A stretch of DNA of 64,000 nucleotides, taken from NCBI GenBank assembly GCA_963722635.1, contig CAVRNX010000037.1, forward strand, positions 1,698 to 65,697, given 5' to 3'. The position numbers and the translations under genes are program-made. Within the stretch, counting starts at the first letter, position 1, and each line of letters starts with the position of its first letter. Positions 52,495 to 63,920 of this stretch are shown here, one piece after another. Origin of the DNA: an uncultured Acidimicrobiaceae bacterium (GTDB taxonomy: Bacteria; Actinomycetota; Acidimicrobiia; Acidimicrobiales; Ilumatobacteraceae). A model generated the notes under the pieces. That model ran no database searches, had not been told where the DNA came from, and saw only the letters and a program-made list of their open reading frames with translations.

Positions 52495-53488
52495 TCAGCG
52501 GCGTGCTCCCATGAACATGCCCTTCAGGGCGTCGTAGTGCTCGATGACATGCCCGGCCCCCAACACGACGGCCTCGAGCGGCACATTCGACATCCGCACC
52601 GGCACCTCGGTCTCGAGCTCGATCCGCTCGGCCAGGCCGCGCAGCAGGCCACCACCTCCGACGAGATACATGCCACGCACGAGGAAGTCCTGCGACAGCT
52701 CGGGAGGCGCCTTGGACAGGCAACGAATGACCGACGAGACGATCGACGACACCACATCGTCGATCGCGTAGCGCACCTCTTCGGGCGTCAGCACGACCGT
52801 CTTCGGCAGACCGGTCATCAAGTCGCGCCCGCGCACCTCGGCCTGTGACTCCTGGGGCGATGGATGGGCCGAGCCGATCGCCATCTTGATCTCCTCCGCC
52901 GTGCGTTCGCCGACTGCGATGCCATGCTCACGGCGGATGTAGTTCTGGATTGCGGCGTCGATATCGAACGAGCCGACACGAACGGCCTCGAGCGCCACGA
53001 TGCCACCCAGGCTGATGACCGCCGTTTCGCTGGTTCCACCGCCGACGTCGATCACCATGTTGCCGACCGGTTCGTCGATCGGCAGATCGGCCCCGATCGC
53101 GGCCGCCATCGGCTGTTCGATCAGGTTGGCATCGGCCGCCCCGGCACGACGAGCGGCGTCGGTGACGGCACGCCGTTCAACCTCGGTGATCGCCGATGGC
53201 ACACAGATCACGACCTTGGGTCGCGTGAAGCGACTGACCCCGACCCGTTGCAGCAGCAGTCTGATCATGCGCTCGGTGATCTCGAAGTCGGTGATCGCCC
53301 CACCGCGAAGCGGTCGCACCGCCACGATGTAACCAGGGGTGCGGCCGATCATCTGCCAGGCCTCGCGTCCTGTGGCCAGCACCTCACCGGTCTGACGGTT
53401 GAGGGCGATCACGGAGGGCTCGTTGAGCACGATCCCCCTGCCCTTCATGTAGACGAGTGTGTTGGCGGTACCGAGATCGATCGCGAGG

Positions 53489-53499
<11 letters not shown>
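52495..53499 (-). CDS. mreB: Rod shape-determining actin-like ATPase MreB/Mbl
   Basis: AIDLGTANT, NEPSV, GRTP, RPL..G.I, TEVERRAV, PMAAAIGA, DVGGGTSE, TAEEIK, RGRDL.TGLP, GGG.LL. Confidence 0.95.
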
Positions 53500-53841
<342 letters not shown>

Positions 53842-53842
<1 letters not shown>

Positions 53843-54348
53843 CAGCCTGCCCCCATCGCATCCGACACGACGTCGGGGCTGACGACATCGCCGGCATCGA
53901 CGAGCTCGGCAGCATTGGTGCCCCAGTCCGATCCGTCGCTCCAGACCTCGCGCTTCCAGACGGGAACCGACACCTTGAGCGCGTCGATTGCGAATCGCGC
54001 GGCGGCGAACGCCTCGGGGCGATGAGGAGCGGACACGGCGGCGACGACCGAGCTCTCCCCGAGCTCGAGTCGACCGACCCGGTGAACGAGGGCGATCCGG
54101 CCGACGTCCGCCCATCGTGTTCTCGTTTCGGCGACGATCTCGCCGAGCTTGCGGACGACCATCTCGTCGTAGGCCTCGTATTCGAGGTACTGCACGTCGG
54201 TGCGGCCGTCGGCGTGGTCGCGTACGGTGCCGCTGAACAGCACCACAGCACCACAATCCGGCCGCACACACCAGTCGTAGATCGAACCGATCGGCAGCTG
54301 TGCGGCTGTCAGGCCAAGCCAATCGTCGCCTACGGCAGGGGGTCGCAC
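53842..54348 (-). CDS. moaE: Molybdopterin synthase catalytic subunit
   Basis: GAVVLFSGTVRDH, LEYEAY, HRVGRL, VSAPHR.EAF, VPVWKRE; TACGAT -10 is 6 nt before the GTG. Confidence 0.93.
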
Positions 54349-54420
54349 AGTGGCATCGTAGCCGTGTGTCCAGGCGCGCGACGTCCGCTGGTGTTGCGCC
54401 TTCACTACGATCTCGCAGTT

Positions 54421-55179
54421 GTGGAGCGAGGTCCTCTCCCACCGCACGAGCGAACATGGCGACATCCGTCCGAACTCGCAGCCGAAGAGCGTGCGGTCGT
54501 CCGCGCCCAGGCGGCGGCCCCATCGACGCGCGTCTTCGCGCTCACCACCGGCACGATCGGACTACTCGCCGTCGGCATCCTGATCCTCACCGTGACGCCG
54601 CACCGCCAGGAGTCACCGATCGCGATCAGCGCCTCCACCACACCCGCCGCGATTCGGTCAACCGAAGCGAGTTCGCCCAGGGCGACCGCCGAGGGGTCGA
54701 CCACTTCGCGACCGGTGGTGCTTGCCGCCCGCGGTCCTGTCACCACCACCGGGGTCGCGACACCACGGGCCGTAGCCACCCCGATCGGCGACGGGCAGAT
54801 GGCACTGATCACCAGTGATTCGGTCGAAGGCCAGGCGACGATCAACGTCGAGGTGCGCCTGCCATCGGGCCGAACCGGGACAGCGCGGATCGTCGACCGG
54901 TCCGGCGACGTGTGGCTGATCGAGTTGCACCAGGCGGAACCAGGCCATGCGATCGCCGCTGGCCGACCCGCCGGCTCGGAGATCGTCACGGTGATGGCCA
55001 CCCCACCGGTCACCGTCGCGTTCGCCGACATCTCGAAACTCGACATCCGCGAGGGCACCGCTGTTCTCGATGCCGACGGCAACCTCGTCGGTCTCTGCAC
55101 ACGTCGCCGCGGTGACGGTTCGGTTCGGCTCCTCGACGTCAGGGCTGAACTCGTCGACGCCACCACCGTCGACCCATGA
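54421..55179 (+). CDS. Membrane-anchored protein with degenerate trypsin-like (HtrA) domain
   Basis: PLPPHERTWRHPSE, TM helix, VRLPSGR..ARIV, AVLDADGNLVGL. Confidence 0.55.
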   Translation: MERGPLPPHERTWRHPSELAAEERAVVRAQAAAPSTRVFALTTGTIGLLAVGILILTVTPHRQESPIAISASTTPAAIRSTEASSPRATAEGSTTSRPVVLAARGPVTTTGVATPRAVATPIGDGQMALITSDSVEGQATINVEVRLPSGRTGTARIVDRSGDVWLIELHQAEPGHAIAAGRPAGSEIVTVMATPPVTVAFADISKLDIREGTAVLDADGNLVGLCTRRRGDGSVRLLDVRAELVDATTVDP

Positions 55180-56197
55180 CCGTTCCGAACACGGCAGCCC
55201 CGATCAGCCCTGCGATCATCGCCCCCAAGGCGATTTCCTGACGGCGCTGCGGCGTCACCAACGTCCACCATTTGGCCTCGGTGCCCTCGACGTACGCCTG
55301 CTCGTTGGTGACGGTCGGGGCCCAGCCTTCGGCCCTCAGCTTGTCGTTGGCAACGACCCACGGTTCGCGCGTGTACGACCGTAGACCTGGTGGGATCGGA
55401 CCGCGCTGGAAGCGCCACCGTAGGGCACCGACGACATCCGCGACCCGGTCGGGCACCGGTAGTCGAAGCCGCTGGCCCGAGAGCGCCCGCACCCTGTCGC
55501 CAGGGATGCTGCCGTCGGGAGCCACGTTGTACACGCCGTCCAGTCGCCGCTCGACAGCCAGCGCGACCGCGCTGGCGACGTCGTCGTGGTGCACGAACTG
55601 AGCCCCGGATGCAGCATCGCCGAAGCGTTGGCCGAATCCGGCGGTGAGCGCGCGAGCGATCGACGAGGTGCCATCCGCGGCGATCGGAACGGCCGGGCGC
55701 AGCATCGCTACCCGGCGATCGGCGCTGCTCGTCCGCCACGCCTCGATCGCTTCCTCCGCTGCCGCCAACTGTCGGGCGTAGACAAAGGTCGTCTCCGGCC
55801 GCAGCACCGCGCCCTCGGTGATCGGCACCGGGTTGTTGGAGAGCGCCCCGTACACCATCGCCGACGACAACACCACCAGTTGGTCGACACCCAACGTGTG
55901 CGCATCTACCAGTAGGTCATGCGCACCGGCGGTGACACTGGCGCCGCGGCGGCCGAGCAGATCGTGGTCGGCGACACCGACATCGACGATGGTGTCGAAG
56001 CTGCCGAGGCCGGGATCAGCCGGCTCGTCCCCTGACGCCACGATCACGTCGATCCCGTCGACCTGGCCCAGCACGTCGGCGACTCGCCAACCGATCGGAC
56101 TGCGAACACCACGCACATAGACGCGTCTGACGGCGCCGAGTGTGTCGGTCTCGTCGGCCGTCGCAACCACGGTCTGGGCGTCGAGCTCGGCGGTCAC
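55139..56197 (-). CDS. NAD-dependent epimerase/dehydratase family protein
   Basis: VVLSSAMVYGA, NPVPITE, LRPA, QFVHHDDVASA, GVYNVA; Gly-rich NAD motif is degenerate. Confidence 0.75.
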   Translation of the reverse strand: MTAELDAQTVVATADETDTLGAVRRVYVRGVRSPIGWRVADVLGQVDGIDVIVASGDEPADPGLGSFDTIVDVGVADHDLLGRRGASVTAGAHDLLVDAHTLGVDQLVVLSSAMVYGALSNNPVPITEGAVLRPETTFVYARQLAAAEEAIEAWRTSSADRRVAMLRPAVPIAADGTSSIARALTAGFGQRFGDAASGAQFVHHDDVASAVALAVERRLDGVYNVAPDGSIPGDRVRALSGQRLRLPVPDRVADVVGALRWRFQRGPIPPGLRSYTREPWVVANDKLRAEGWAPTVTNEQAYVEGTEAKWWTLVTPQRRQEIALGAMIAGLIGAAVFGTVMGRRWWRRRVQP

Positions 56198-56256
56198 CGA
56201 AGCGACGCTAGTACGGCGCGCCTGGGAAAACGGTTGGCGACCCGTAACATCGATGC

Positions 56257-57504
56257 ATGGCCGATGGCCCGACACCCGACGATCCCTTCCACGACCCCAG
56301 GAGAAGAACGGCGAGAGAACCGAGCGACGACTCGGACGGCGATGCAATCCGTTCGCCGGCATGCCGATGTTCGGCGATATCGCCCGCGCCCTACAAGGGC
56401 AGGGCCCGCTCAACTGGGATGCGGCACGTCAGTTCGCGATGCTCGGCGCCACGCAGGGGCAACCCGAGCACAACATCGACCCGGCGGTGCGGATCGCATT
56501 CGCCGATCTGGCACGCATCGCCGGCATGCACGTCAACGACGTCACGGGTACCGATTCGACATTCCCCGAGCCGCGGATCGTCACGCGAGGCACCTGGGCG
56601 AGCGAGACGCTCGACGCCTACCGGCCACTGTTCACCGATATGGCGACCTCGCTCGGGCAGCAGCCCGAGGCAGAAGCGATCGGATGAACCCGGCGACCCG
56701 ATGATGCAGATGATGTCCGGCCTGAGCCGCATGATGGCACCGGCGATGATGGGCATGTCGGTCGGCTCGATGGTCGGCCAGCTGTCGCAACGCGTGTTCG
56801 GATTGCACGACCTGCCGATCCCGCGCGAGAAGCACGAGATCGTGCTGGTCGGCCAGACGATCGACGAATTCGCGACGCAATGGGAGATCCCACTCGATCA
56901 GATGCGGTTATGGGTACTCGCCCATGAGCTGTCCGGATTCCAAGTGCTCTCGATTCCTCATCTGTGCTCAGGTCTGGCTGGCCTCGTACGCGCCCACGTC
57001 AGCGGATTCCGTCCCGACCCGTCGGCGATCGCTGACAAGTTGGGCGGTTTCGATCCCCTTGGCGGAGATGCCGCAGGCGACCCGATGGCAGCCCTCCAGC
57101 AGGCGTTCTCCGACCCCGAAATCCTGCTCGGAGCGATCGAGTCCGACACCCAACGGGCGTTGCGTCCGAAGCTCGACGCGGCGGTGGCGACCGTCGTCGG
57201 ATACACCGACTGGGTCGTCGACGCCGTCGCGGTGAGAGTGATCGGAGGCGAGGCGCTGCGGATCGCCGAAGCGGTGCGCCGGCAGCGGGCCGAGGGATCC
57301 TCCGACGATCTGTTCGTCGAGCGCCTGCTCGGGATCCGGGTCGGAGAAGACCAGGTTCACCGCGGCAAACAGTTCGTGCAAGGCGTCGTCGACCGTGCCG
57401 GCGAAACCGGCCTGACACGCTTGCTGCAGATGCCCGAGTCGATGCCGACCCCCAGCGAGATCGACGCCCCGGGCCTCTGGATCGCCCGGGTCAGCGGCGA
57501 GTAG
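56257..57504 (+). CDS. Zinc-dependent metalloprotease-like protein (Zincin_2), frameshifts near 56300-56345 and 56680
   Basis: GPLNWDAARQFA, TRGTWA, G.MVGQL..R.FG..DLP, LWVLAHE, GYTD, RRQRA, LLG, PTPSEIDAPGLWIAR. Confidence 0.75.
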   Translation: MADGPTPDDPFHDPRRRTAREPSDDSDGDAIRSPACRCSAISPAPYKGRARSTGMRHVSSRCSAPRRGNPSTTSTRRCGSHSPIWHASPACTSTTSRVPIRHSPSRGSSREAPGRARRSTPTGHCSPIWRPRSGSSPRQKRSDEPGDPMMQMMSGLSRMMAPAMMGMSVGSMVGQLSQRVFGLHDLPIPREKHEIVLVGQTIDEFATQWEIPLDQMRLWVLAHELSGFQVLSIPHLCSGLAGLVRAHVSGFRPDPSAIADKLGGFDPLGGDAAGDPMAALQQAFSDPEILLGAIESDTQRALRPKLDAAVATVVGYTDWVVDAVAVRVIGGEALRIAEAVRRQRAEGSSDDLFVERLLGIRVGEDQVHRGKQFVQGVVDRAGETGLTRLLQMPESMPTPSEIDAPGLWIARVSGE

Positions 57505-57563
57505 CAGCCCGTTCGCCCCGAGTCGGCGACGGTCAGGCGCCGGGTCGGCCGGCGCAACGATCC

Positions 57564-58748
57564 TCAGGGGTGGGGCACGGCGCGCGATGACGGGTCATCG
57601 GTGCGGACGCCGGCGACGAAGTTCACGACAGCCGCCGAGGCGACAACCCCGACCAGCATGAAGCCGACGCTGCCCGGGATCTCGAGCAGCACCGGCAACA
57701 CCGCGGCGATCACCCACCCGAGCTGGAAACGGGTCTCGAATCTGGCGAACGCCTGACCGCGGTTGGTCGCCGGCCCATCGCGCTGCACGATGCTCTCGAA
57801 CGAGAGTCGACCGATCGCCGCCGAGAAGCCGACGACGACGGCGACCATGATCCCTGCCTCGGTCCCACCGAGCACGGCGGCGCTCAACCCGGCAACCGCC
57901 GTGAGTCCCAACGCGAGCGTGATCATGCGTTCCTCGTGCAGCGTTCGCCGCAGACGCGGGGCCAGTGCATTTCCGGTCATCGTGCCCATCGAGGAAAGCC
58001 CGACCGCCAGGCCGAGCAGCACCTTCTCGTCGTCCTGGCCCCGGAACCAGAATGCCAAGTGGAACAGCATGAAACCCGCCGACGCCCGCAGGATCAACAT
58101 CGCCACCCACGCCAGTTGCAGGCTGGTGGTGGCCACATCGTGACTGGCAGCCGACGGGGTGTCGGGTCGCACCACCAGTTCGCGGGGCAGACGAAACGCC
58201 GCGAACAAGCCGACACCGAACAGTGCCGCGGCGTACGCCAGCGTCGCAGAGGCTCCGATCGTGTACTGCATGCCGACGGCCGGCACGACTGCCACGGCTC
58301 CGGCCAGCCCGGCGATCAGACCCAGTTTCGAGTTCGCCTCCACGAGTTCACGGTCGCTGCGAACGACGGCGGGTACCAGCGCCGACTTCGACACGGCATA
58401 GGTCTTCTGCATCACGAGTGCCACGAACACGAGCGGGAACAGGACGATGTCGTCGATGAATTGAATCATCAGCAGCTGGATCACGATGCGGGCCGCGGCG
58501 ACGGCCTGCACGATGAAGCGTCGACCGCCACGCACGCGGTCGATCGCCGGGCCGATCATCGGCGCCACCAGCAAGAAGGGGGCGAAGCTGGCGAGCAGGA
58601 ACCCGAGCACCTTGCTACGCGCTCCATTCGGGTCGACGTCGAAGAAGAACGAGTCGGCGAGGGCCACCACCATCGCCGCCTCGCCGGCGATCATGGCGGC
58701 GTGCGTGAAAGCGAGCTGCTGAAACTTCGAGTGCGGCGCGGCGATCAC
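57564..58748 (-). CDS. MFS-like membrane protein
   Basis: ALADSFFF, APFLLVAP.IGPAIDR, SKSALVP, LVEANSKL, RGQAFARFET.FQL.WV. Confidence 0.8.
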   Translation of the reverse strand: MIAAPHSKFQQLAFTHAAMIAGEAAMVVALADSFFFDVDPNGARSKVLGFLLASFAPFLLVAPMIGPAIDRVRGGRRFIVQAVAAARIVIQLLMIQFIDDIVLFPLVFVALVMQKTYAVSKSALVPAVVRSDRELVEANSKLGLIAGLAGAVAVVPAVGMQYTIGASATLAYAAALFGVGLFAAFRLPRELVVRPDTPSAASHDVATTSLQLAWVAMLILRASAGFMLFHLAFWFRGQDDEKVLLGLAVGLSSMGTMTGNALAPRLRRTLHEERMITLALGLTAVAGLSAAVLGGTEAGIMVAVVVGFSAAIGRLSFESIVQRDGPATNRGQAFARFETRFQLGWVIAAVLPVLLEIPGSVGFMLVGVVASAAVVNFVAGVRTDDPSSRAVPHP

Positions 58749-58793
58749 GTGCCGATCGTAGGGGTTGGCCGATTCAACCGGGGCGAGGGCCGG

Positions 58794-59351
58794 TCAGGTG
58801 CCGGCGAATGTGATCGTGGCATCGGCGAGGCGCTGGCAGATACGCCGTTCGTGCCGGATCGGCCACCAGTCGTACAACAGCATCTCCAGCGGCTTCCACA
58901 TCGACACCCATCCGAGTACAGCGAGGCCCTCGTGGATGACTTCGACCACCGGGTTGCTGCTGCTGCCGATCAATCGAGACACGGCGTTGAAGCCTGCCAA
59001 TGCTGTCAGCCCGATCACCAGGCTGATGCGACCCTCGCGACGAAGCGTGCGGAACCTGCGATCCAACTGCCATTCGCGGTATTCGAAGTGACTGAGCAGG
59101 CCCTGTGAGATCGCCACTTCGCGACCCTCCACCGCTCCGTCGGCCACGGAGATCTCGACCGCGATCGGGTGGTTCGAATCGAAGTCCTCGGCCCACTCCT
59201 CGATCCAGTCGGCGACCCCGTCGTCGAGCGCCCGCTCGGGCAACGGAGCAGGATCAATCCGGCTGAACAGGTGCTCGACCGTCGGAACCCGCACCTTGAT
59301 CGGCCCGTCGCTGAGCTCGTCGGGGCTGCCTGGCCAGAGACGTCGTTGCAT
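58794..59351 (-). CDS. Conserved hypothetical membrane protein
   Basis: LFSRIDPAP.PERALD, two TM helices, EGL.VLGWVSMWKPLE.LLYDWWP. Confidence 0.7.
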   Translation of the reverse strand: MQRRLWPGSPDELSDGPIKVRVPTVEHLFSRIDPAPLPERALDDGVADWIEEWAEDFDSNHPIAVEISVADGAVEGREVAISQGLLSHFEYREWQLDRRFRTLRREGRISLVIGLTALAGFNAVSRLIGSSSNPVVEVIHEGLAVLGWVSMWKPLEMLLYDWWPIRHERRICQRLADATITFAGT

Positions 59352-59412
59352 GGCACAGCACGCTACGGCACCCGGCCCGATCTGGGATGGCCAACGAGCC
59401 GCCGAGGGATCC

Positions 59413-60126
59413 TCAGGGGCGGGCGGGTGCCGGTGGACGTTCGAACTTGTAGCCGAGGCCACGAATCGTCACGATTCGCGTCGGCGAAGCTGGGTCGGTC
59501 TCGAGCTTCGATCGCAGACGCTTGATATGGACATCGAGCGTCTTGGTGTCGCCCACGTAGTCGCTCCCCCACACCCGCTCGATCAGCGTCTCGCGGGTCA
59601 GGACCCGCCCGGCATTTGCGAGCAACAGATGCAGCACTTCGAATTCCTTGAGCGGCAAGGCCACTTCCTCGTCCGCCACCGTGACGCGGTGTTCATCGGT
59701 GTCGAGCATCACGTCGCCGACGCTGATCGCGACCCCCTCCGGTTTGGGCGCAACGTCCATCGACACCCGCCTCAACTGGGCTCGGATGCGTGCGACCAGC
59801 TCGTGCACGCGATACGGCTTGGTCACATAGTCGTCGGCGCCGACCTCGAGTCCGAGCACGGCATCGACCTCGGTCGATTTGGCCGTGACCATGATGATCG
59901 GCACCGTGCTGACCTGGCGGATCTGACGACACACGTCGAGACCGGACAGCTTGGGCAGCATCAAGTCGAGCAACACCAGGTCGGGCTGGGCGACCTCGAA
60001 CCGTTTCAAGGCTTCGACGCCGTCGACTGCCACATCGACCTGGAAACCTTCACGTAGCAGGCCGATCTCAAGAGCGTCGACGAAGCTTGGCTCGTCTTCG
60101 ACGATCAGAATCCTCGGCTGACTCAC
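59413..60126 (-). CDS. regX3: OmpR-family response regulator RegX3/PhoP
   Basis: ILIVEDE, LLDLMLP, VTAK, GADDYVTKP, LPLKEF, RVWGSDYVGDTKTLDVHIKRLRSK. Confidence 0.93.
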   Translation of the reverse strand: MSQPRILIVEDEPSFVDALEIGLLREGFQVDVAVDGVEALKRFEVAQPDLVLLDLMLPKLSGLDVCRQIRQVSTVPIIMVTAKSTEVDAVLGLEVGADDYVTKPYRVHELVARIRAQLRRVSMDVAPKPEGVAISVGDVMLDTDEHRVTVADEEVALPLKEFEVLHLLLANAGRVLTRETLIERVWGSDYVGDTKTLDVHIKRLRSKLETDPASPTRIVTIRGLGYKFERPPAPARP

Positions 60127-61343
60127 GCCACGCCCTCGCCAGCCGGTCGAAACGATCGAGCATCGGGAACAGGGTCCGTGTCGAGGTCCATGTCGGACTG
60201 GTCGGCGTCGCTGGCGCACCGGCCGCCGACCTCGGCTGCAGCGGGCAGCCGCAGAGTGAACGTGCTGCCCTCGCCCACCGTCGACGTCACCTCGATCGTT
60301 CCGCCATGGTGTGTCGCCACGTGCCGGACGATCGAAAGACCCAGACCGGTGCCGCCGGTGGCGCGGCTGCGGGCCTGGTCGACGCGATAGAACCGCTCGA
60401 AGACGCGGTCGACATCGGGCGCAGGGATCCCCACCCCCTGATCGGCCACGGCGATGTCAACCATGCCGTCGGAGGTCCGAACCCGCACCTGTACCGAGTC
60501 TCCCGGTTCGCTGTACTTCACGGCGTTCTCGACCAGGTTGCCGACCGCCGAGACGAGTTGGCGGCTGTCACCGTCGACCGCCAACACTTCGGAACGGCGC
60601 CCGCCTTCGTCGACAGGGTCGAGCGTGGAGATCGTGATCCCGTTGTGGGCCGCCAGCTCGCGGGCCCGAGCAATCGCACCGTCGACCACATCGGCGATGC
60701 GCACCCGTTCGACAATCGCTTGGCCACCGAACTCGATACGTGACAATTCCATCAGGTCGTCCACCGTGTTCGAGGCACGCTCGGCTTCGGCCAGCATGCG
60801 CCCACCCAGGCGCTCGATGGTGACCGGGTCCGACTCGCCGTGCAGCGTTTCTGCCAGCACCGACAACGCCCCGATCGGGGTCTTCAGCTCGTGGCTGACG
60901 TTGGCAACGAAGTCGGTCCGGACCTGATCGATGCGCCGCCGCTCGGAGATGTCCTCGACGAACACCACCGACCCGCCGTCAGGCAACGCTGACGAGCGCA
61001 CGACGAACGCTGCCAGCGGCGGACCCTCGACCTCGATCAACTCATCGCTGCGGATGCCGACCAGGCCCCGCGCCAGGTGGCGGGCGATCGCATCGTCGAG
61101 CAACACACCGGCATGGGTGCCTGCCATCTTCTGAGCGGCGGAGTTGCGGAACTCGCCGACCCCGTCGCGTCCGGAGATCGCAACGCCCAGATCCAGCGCC
61201 TCGAGCACATCGTTGACGCCCGGGCCGTCCGCTTCATGCTGAACGGCAATAGCCACCCCATCAGGAGCAGGACGGCGGATCGCGATCGTCCACCCCACCG
61301 AGAATGCGGAGACGAGGCCGGCGACCATCAGCCAGAACCACAT
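60123..61343 (-). CDS. senX3: Sensor histidine kinase SenX3/PhoR
   Basis: DFVANVSHELKTPIGAL, NLVENAVKYS, DQGVGIP, FERFYRVDQARSRATGGTGLGL. Confidence 0.92.
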   Translation of the reverse strand: MWFWLMVAGLVSAFSVGWTIAIRRPAPDGVAIAVQHEADGPGVNDVLEALDLGVAISGRDGVGEFRNSAAQKMAGTHAGVLLDDAIARHLARGLVGIRSDELIEVEGPPLAAFVVRSSALPDGGSVVFVEDISERRRIDQVRTDFVANVSHELKTPIGALSVLAETLHGESDPVTIERLGGRMLAEAERASNTVDDLMELSRIEFGGQAIVERVRIADVVDGAIARARELAAHNGITISTLDPVDEGGRRSEVLAVDGDSRQLVSAVGNLVENAVKYSEPGDSVQVRVRTSDGMVDIAVADQGVGIPAPDVDRVFERFYRVDQARSRATGGTGLGLSIVRHVATHHGGTIEVTSTVGEGSTFTLRLPAAAEVGGRCASDADQSDMDLDTDPVPDARSFRPAGEGVA

Positions 61344-61353
61344 GACCGTCAAT

Positions 61354-62082
61354 CTATCCGCCCTCCGTCTCGAGGTCAGATACGACAGGCTCGATCTGTC
61401 GGGCGTGGTGTCGCGAGGCCCCATCCTGGCCAGGTAGCCATCCACTCGATATGTACCGAACACGATGGGCGATATTGACGGCGTGATCACCCAGTCGTTC
61501 GTAGAAGCGGGCCACCATCGCCATCTGCACCGCGACTTGGAGTTCGATCGCCTCGCCGGCGTGAGTCTCGAAGATCTGCTGAATGAATGCTCGATGCAGG
61601 CCGTCGAGATGGTCGTCCATGTCCGACACGGCGGCAGCCTGGGCATCGTCCACGGCGACGTACGCGTCGATCGCCTGCCGGTACTCGATCTGGGCCTGAT
61701 CGCTGAGTTTCTGGATCGTCACCTGGATCCGAGGATCGAGCCGTTTCGGATAGATCCGCCGCGCTGCCTTGCAGATATTGCAGCACAGATCGGCCGACCG
61801 CTCGATCTCGGGAGCGAGCTTGAGCGCTGCCGCCAGTTGTCGCAGGTCGCCGGCGACCGGGGCCTGCAACGCCAACAGTTTGAGGGCTCGGTCCTCGACC
61901 TCCATCGTCAGCGCGTCGAACTCGTCGTCGTCGACCAGGACCTGCTCGGCCCCCGCCAGGTCCTGTTGCAGCAAGATCGCAGTCACCCGCGGGATCAGCT
62001 CGACAACAGCACCACCGAGGTGGGCAATCGCGGCGCGTACGCCGTCGATGTTGTGGTGGAACTCTGGTCGCAAGTCGGTCAT
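61354..62082 (-). CDS. phoU: Phosphate signalling protein PhoU
   Basis: LALQAPVAGDLR, ERSADL, DD..D.L, ARFYERLGDHAVNIA. Confidence 0.93.
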   Translation of the reverse strand: MTDLRPEFHHNIDGVRAAIAHLGGAVVELIPRVTAILLQQDLAGAEQVLVDDDEFDALTMEVEDRALKLLALQAPVAGDLRQLAAALKLAPEIERSADLCCNICKAARRIYPKRLDPRIQVTIQKLSDQAQIEYRQAIDAYVAVDDAQAAAVSDMDDHLDGLHRAFIQQIFETHAGEAIELQVAVQMAMVARFYERLGDHAVNIAHRVRYISSGWLPGQDGASRHHARQIEPVVSDLETEGG

Positions 62083-62918
62083 CAGCCGAACCTCCCGGTC
62101 ACATATTGCTCGGTTCGTTCATCCTCCGGGTAGGAGAAGATCGTTTCGGTCGGGTTGAACTCGACCAGCGTCCCGGTGCGCCGGTCGCTCTCGGGGTTGA
62201 CCTCGGCCGTGAAGAACGCCGTGCGATCGCTGACCCGGGCGGCCTGTTGCATGTTGTGCGTAACGATCACGATCGTGTACTGATTCTTGATCTCCTGCAT
62301 CAGTTCTTCGATCTTGGCGGTGGCGATCGGATCCAGCGCCGAGCAAGGTTCGTCCATCAGGATCACATCTGGCTCGACGGCGACCGCTCTGGCGATGCAC
62401 AAGCGTTGCTGCTGTCCACCGGACAGGCCGAGCCCTGATTCTTTCAGACGGTCCTTGACCTCGTCCCACAGCGCCGCACCGCGCAACGAGCGCTCGACGA
62501 TCTCGTTGAGATCGGCCCGCTTCTTGACGCCCGCCAGCCGCGGGCCGTAGGCGACGTTGTCGTAGATCGACTTTGGGAATGGATTCGGCTTCTGGAACAC
62601 CATGCCGATCCGCCGCCGAACCTCGGTGGCGTTGACCGCCGGGTCGTACAGATCGACGCCGTGATACTCGACCGCGCCCTCGACCCGGGCGGTCTCGATG
62701 AAGTCGTTCATCCGGTTCAGAGAGCGCAGCACCGTGGTCTTGCCGCAGCCGGACGGCCCGATGAACGCCGTGATCTCGTGTTCAGCGACATCCAGATTGA
62801 CATCGCGCACGGCGCAGAACTCGCCGTAGTAGACGCTGACGTCGCGCAGACCGAACACCGCCGGTTCGGAGCTCCGCTCGACGCCAGGCGGACGATCGGC
62901 AAGATCTGATTGAGGCAT
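62082..62918 (-). CDS. pstB: Phosphate ABC transporter ATP-binding protein
   Basis: [57 protein letters not shown]. Confidence 0.97.
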   Translation of the reverse strand: MPQSDLADRPPGVERSSEPAVFGLRDVSVYYGEFCAVRDVNLDVAEHEITAFIGPSGCGKTTVLRSLNRMNDFIETARVEGAVEYHGVDLYDPAVNATEVRRRIGMVFQKPNPFPKSIYDNVAYGPRLAGVKKRADLNEIVERSLRGAALWDEVKDRLKESGLGLSGGQQQRLCIARAVAVEPDVILMDEPCSALDPIATAKIEELMQEIKNQYTIVIVTHNMQQAARVSDRTAFFTAEVNPESDRRTGTLVEFNPTETIFSYPEDERTEQYVTGRFG

Positions 62919-62968
62919 GTCGTTCGGGGTCCTTTGGATCGAGTGGTTCAGGTGGTGCCGGCATCGGG

Positions 62969-63919
62969 TCAGAATCCGGCTCGGCGACGTTCGAATCGGT
63001 TGCGCAGGTACACCGCCGAGCCGTTGAAGAACACGACCACGATCAACAAGGCGACCGCGGTCGCTGCCGCAGCAGCGGTGTAGCTGTAGGCCGATCCGGG
63101 GGGCTGGGCCCGCCCCGACCAGCTGTAGATCAGGATCGGTAGTGCCGTGAACTTGCCGGTCAACGACGTTTCGGGCAGGAACCCGGTGATCGCTCCGACG
63201 ATGATCAGCGGCGCCGCCTCGCCCAGCGCTCGCGACAACGACAGCACGGTGCCCGTGAGGATGCCCGGCGCGGCGTACGGCAGCACGTGATCGCGAGTGA
63301 CCTCCCATCGCGAGGCACCCACTCCGAAGCCGGCGTCACGCAGCCCGCTGGGCACGGCTCGGATCGCCTCCATCGACGTGATCACGACGATCGGCAGGAC
63401 GAGCACGGCCATCGTCAACCCTGCGGCGACGACCGAGCCGCCGGATGTGACGGGCTTGAGCCAGCTGACGAAGATGATGAAGCCGAGCACGCCGTAGATC
63501 ACGGCCGGTACGCCGGCCAGGTTGCGGATGCTGACCATGATCAGTTTGGTCAGCGGGTGGCTGGCCGTCGAGTACTCCTCGAGGTAGATCGCGGCGGCGA
63601 TGCCGGTCGGAATCGCGACGAGCAACACGATCACGCCGATCGCCAGCGACCCGTACAGCCCCGGCCAGATACCGATCGAGTCCGGGTCCGAACCGATCGG
63701 GTCGGTCAGGAACGCAGCGCCGCGATGGCTCAGCAGCGGTGCACCCTCCCCGATCACCTGCGCCAGCAGGGCGGCCAGCACGGTCAGCGTGAACAACGTC
63801 GTGAGCAGCAGCGAGATCGACAACATGGTGCCGACCACGTCTCGTTCTCGTCGTGTCAGATTGGCCCGAACGACTTCGGCCGCTGTCGCGCCGGCCGATC
63901 GGGCGGTCATCATCGCCAT
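62969..63919 (-). CDS. pstA: Phosphate ABC transporter permease
   Basis: [38 protein letters not shown]. Confidence 0.95.
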   Translation of the reverse strand: MAMMTARSAGATAAEVVRANLTRRERDVVGTMLSISLLLTTLFTLTVLAALLAQVIGEGAPLLSHRGAAFLTDPIGSDPDSIGIWPGLYGSLAIGVIVLLVAIPTGIAAAIYLEEYSTASHPLTKLIMVSIRNLAGVPAVIYGVLGFIIFVSWLKPVTSGGSVVAAGLTMAVLVLPIVVITSMEAIRAVPSGLRDAGFGVGASRWEVTRDHVLPYAAPGILTGTVLSLSRALGEAAPLIIVGAITGFLPETSLTGKFTALPILIYSWSGRAQPPGSAYSYTAAAAATAVALLIVVVFFNGSAVYLRNRFERRRAGF

Positions 63920-63920
63920 A

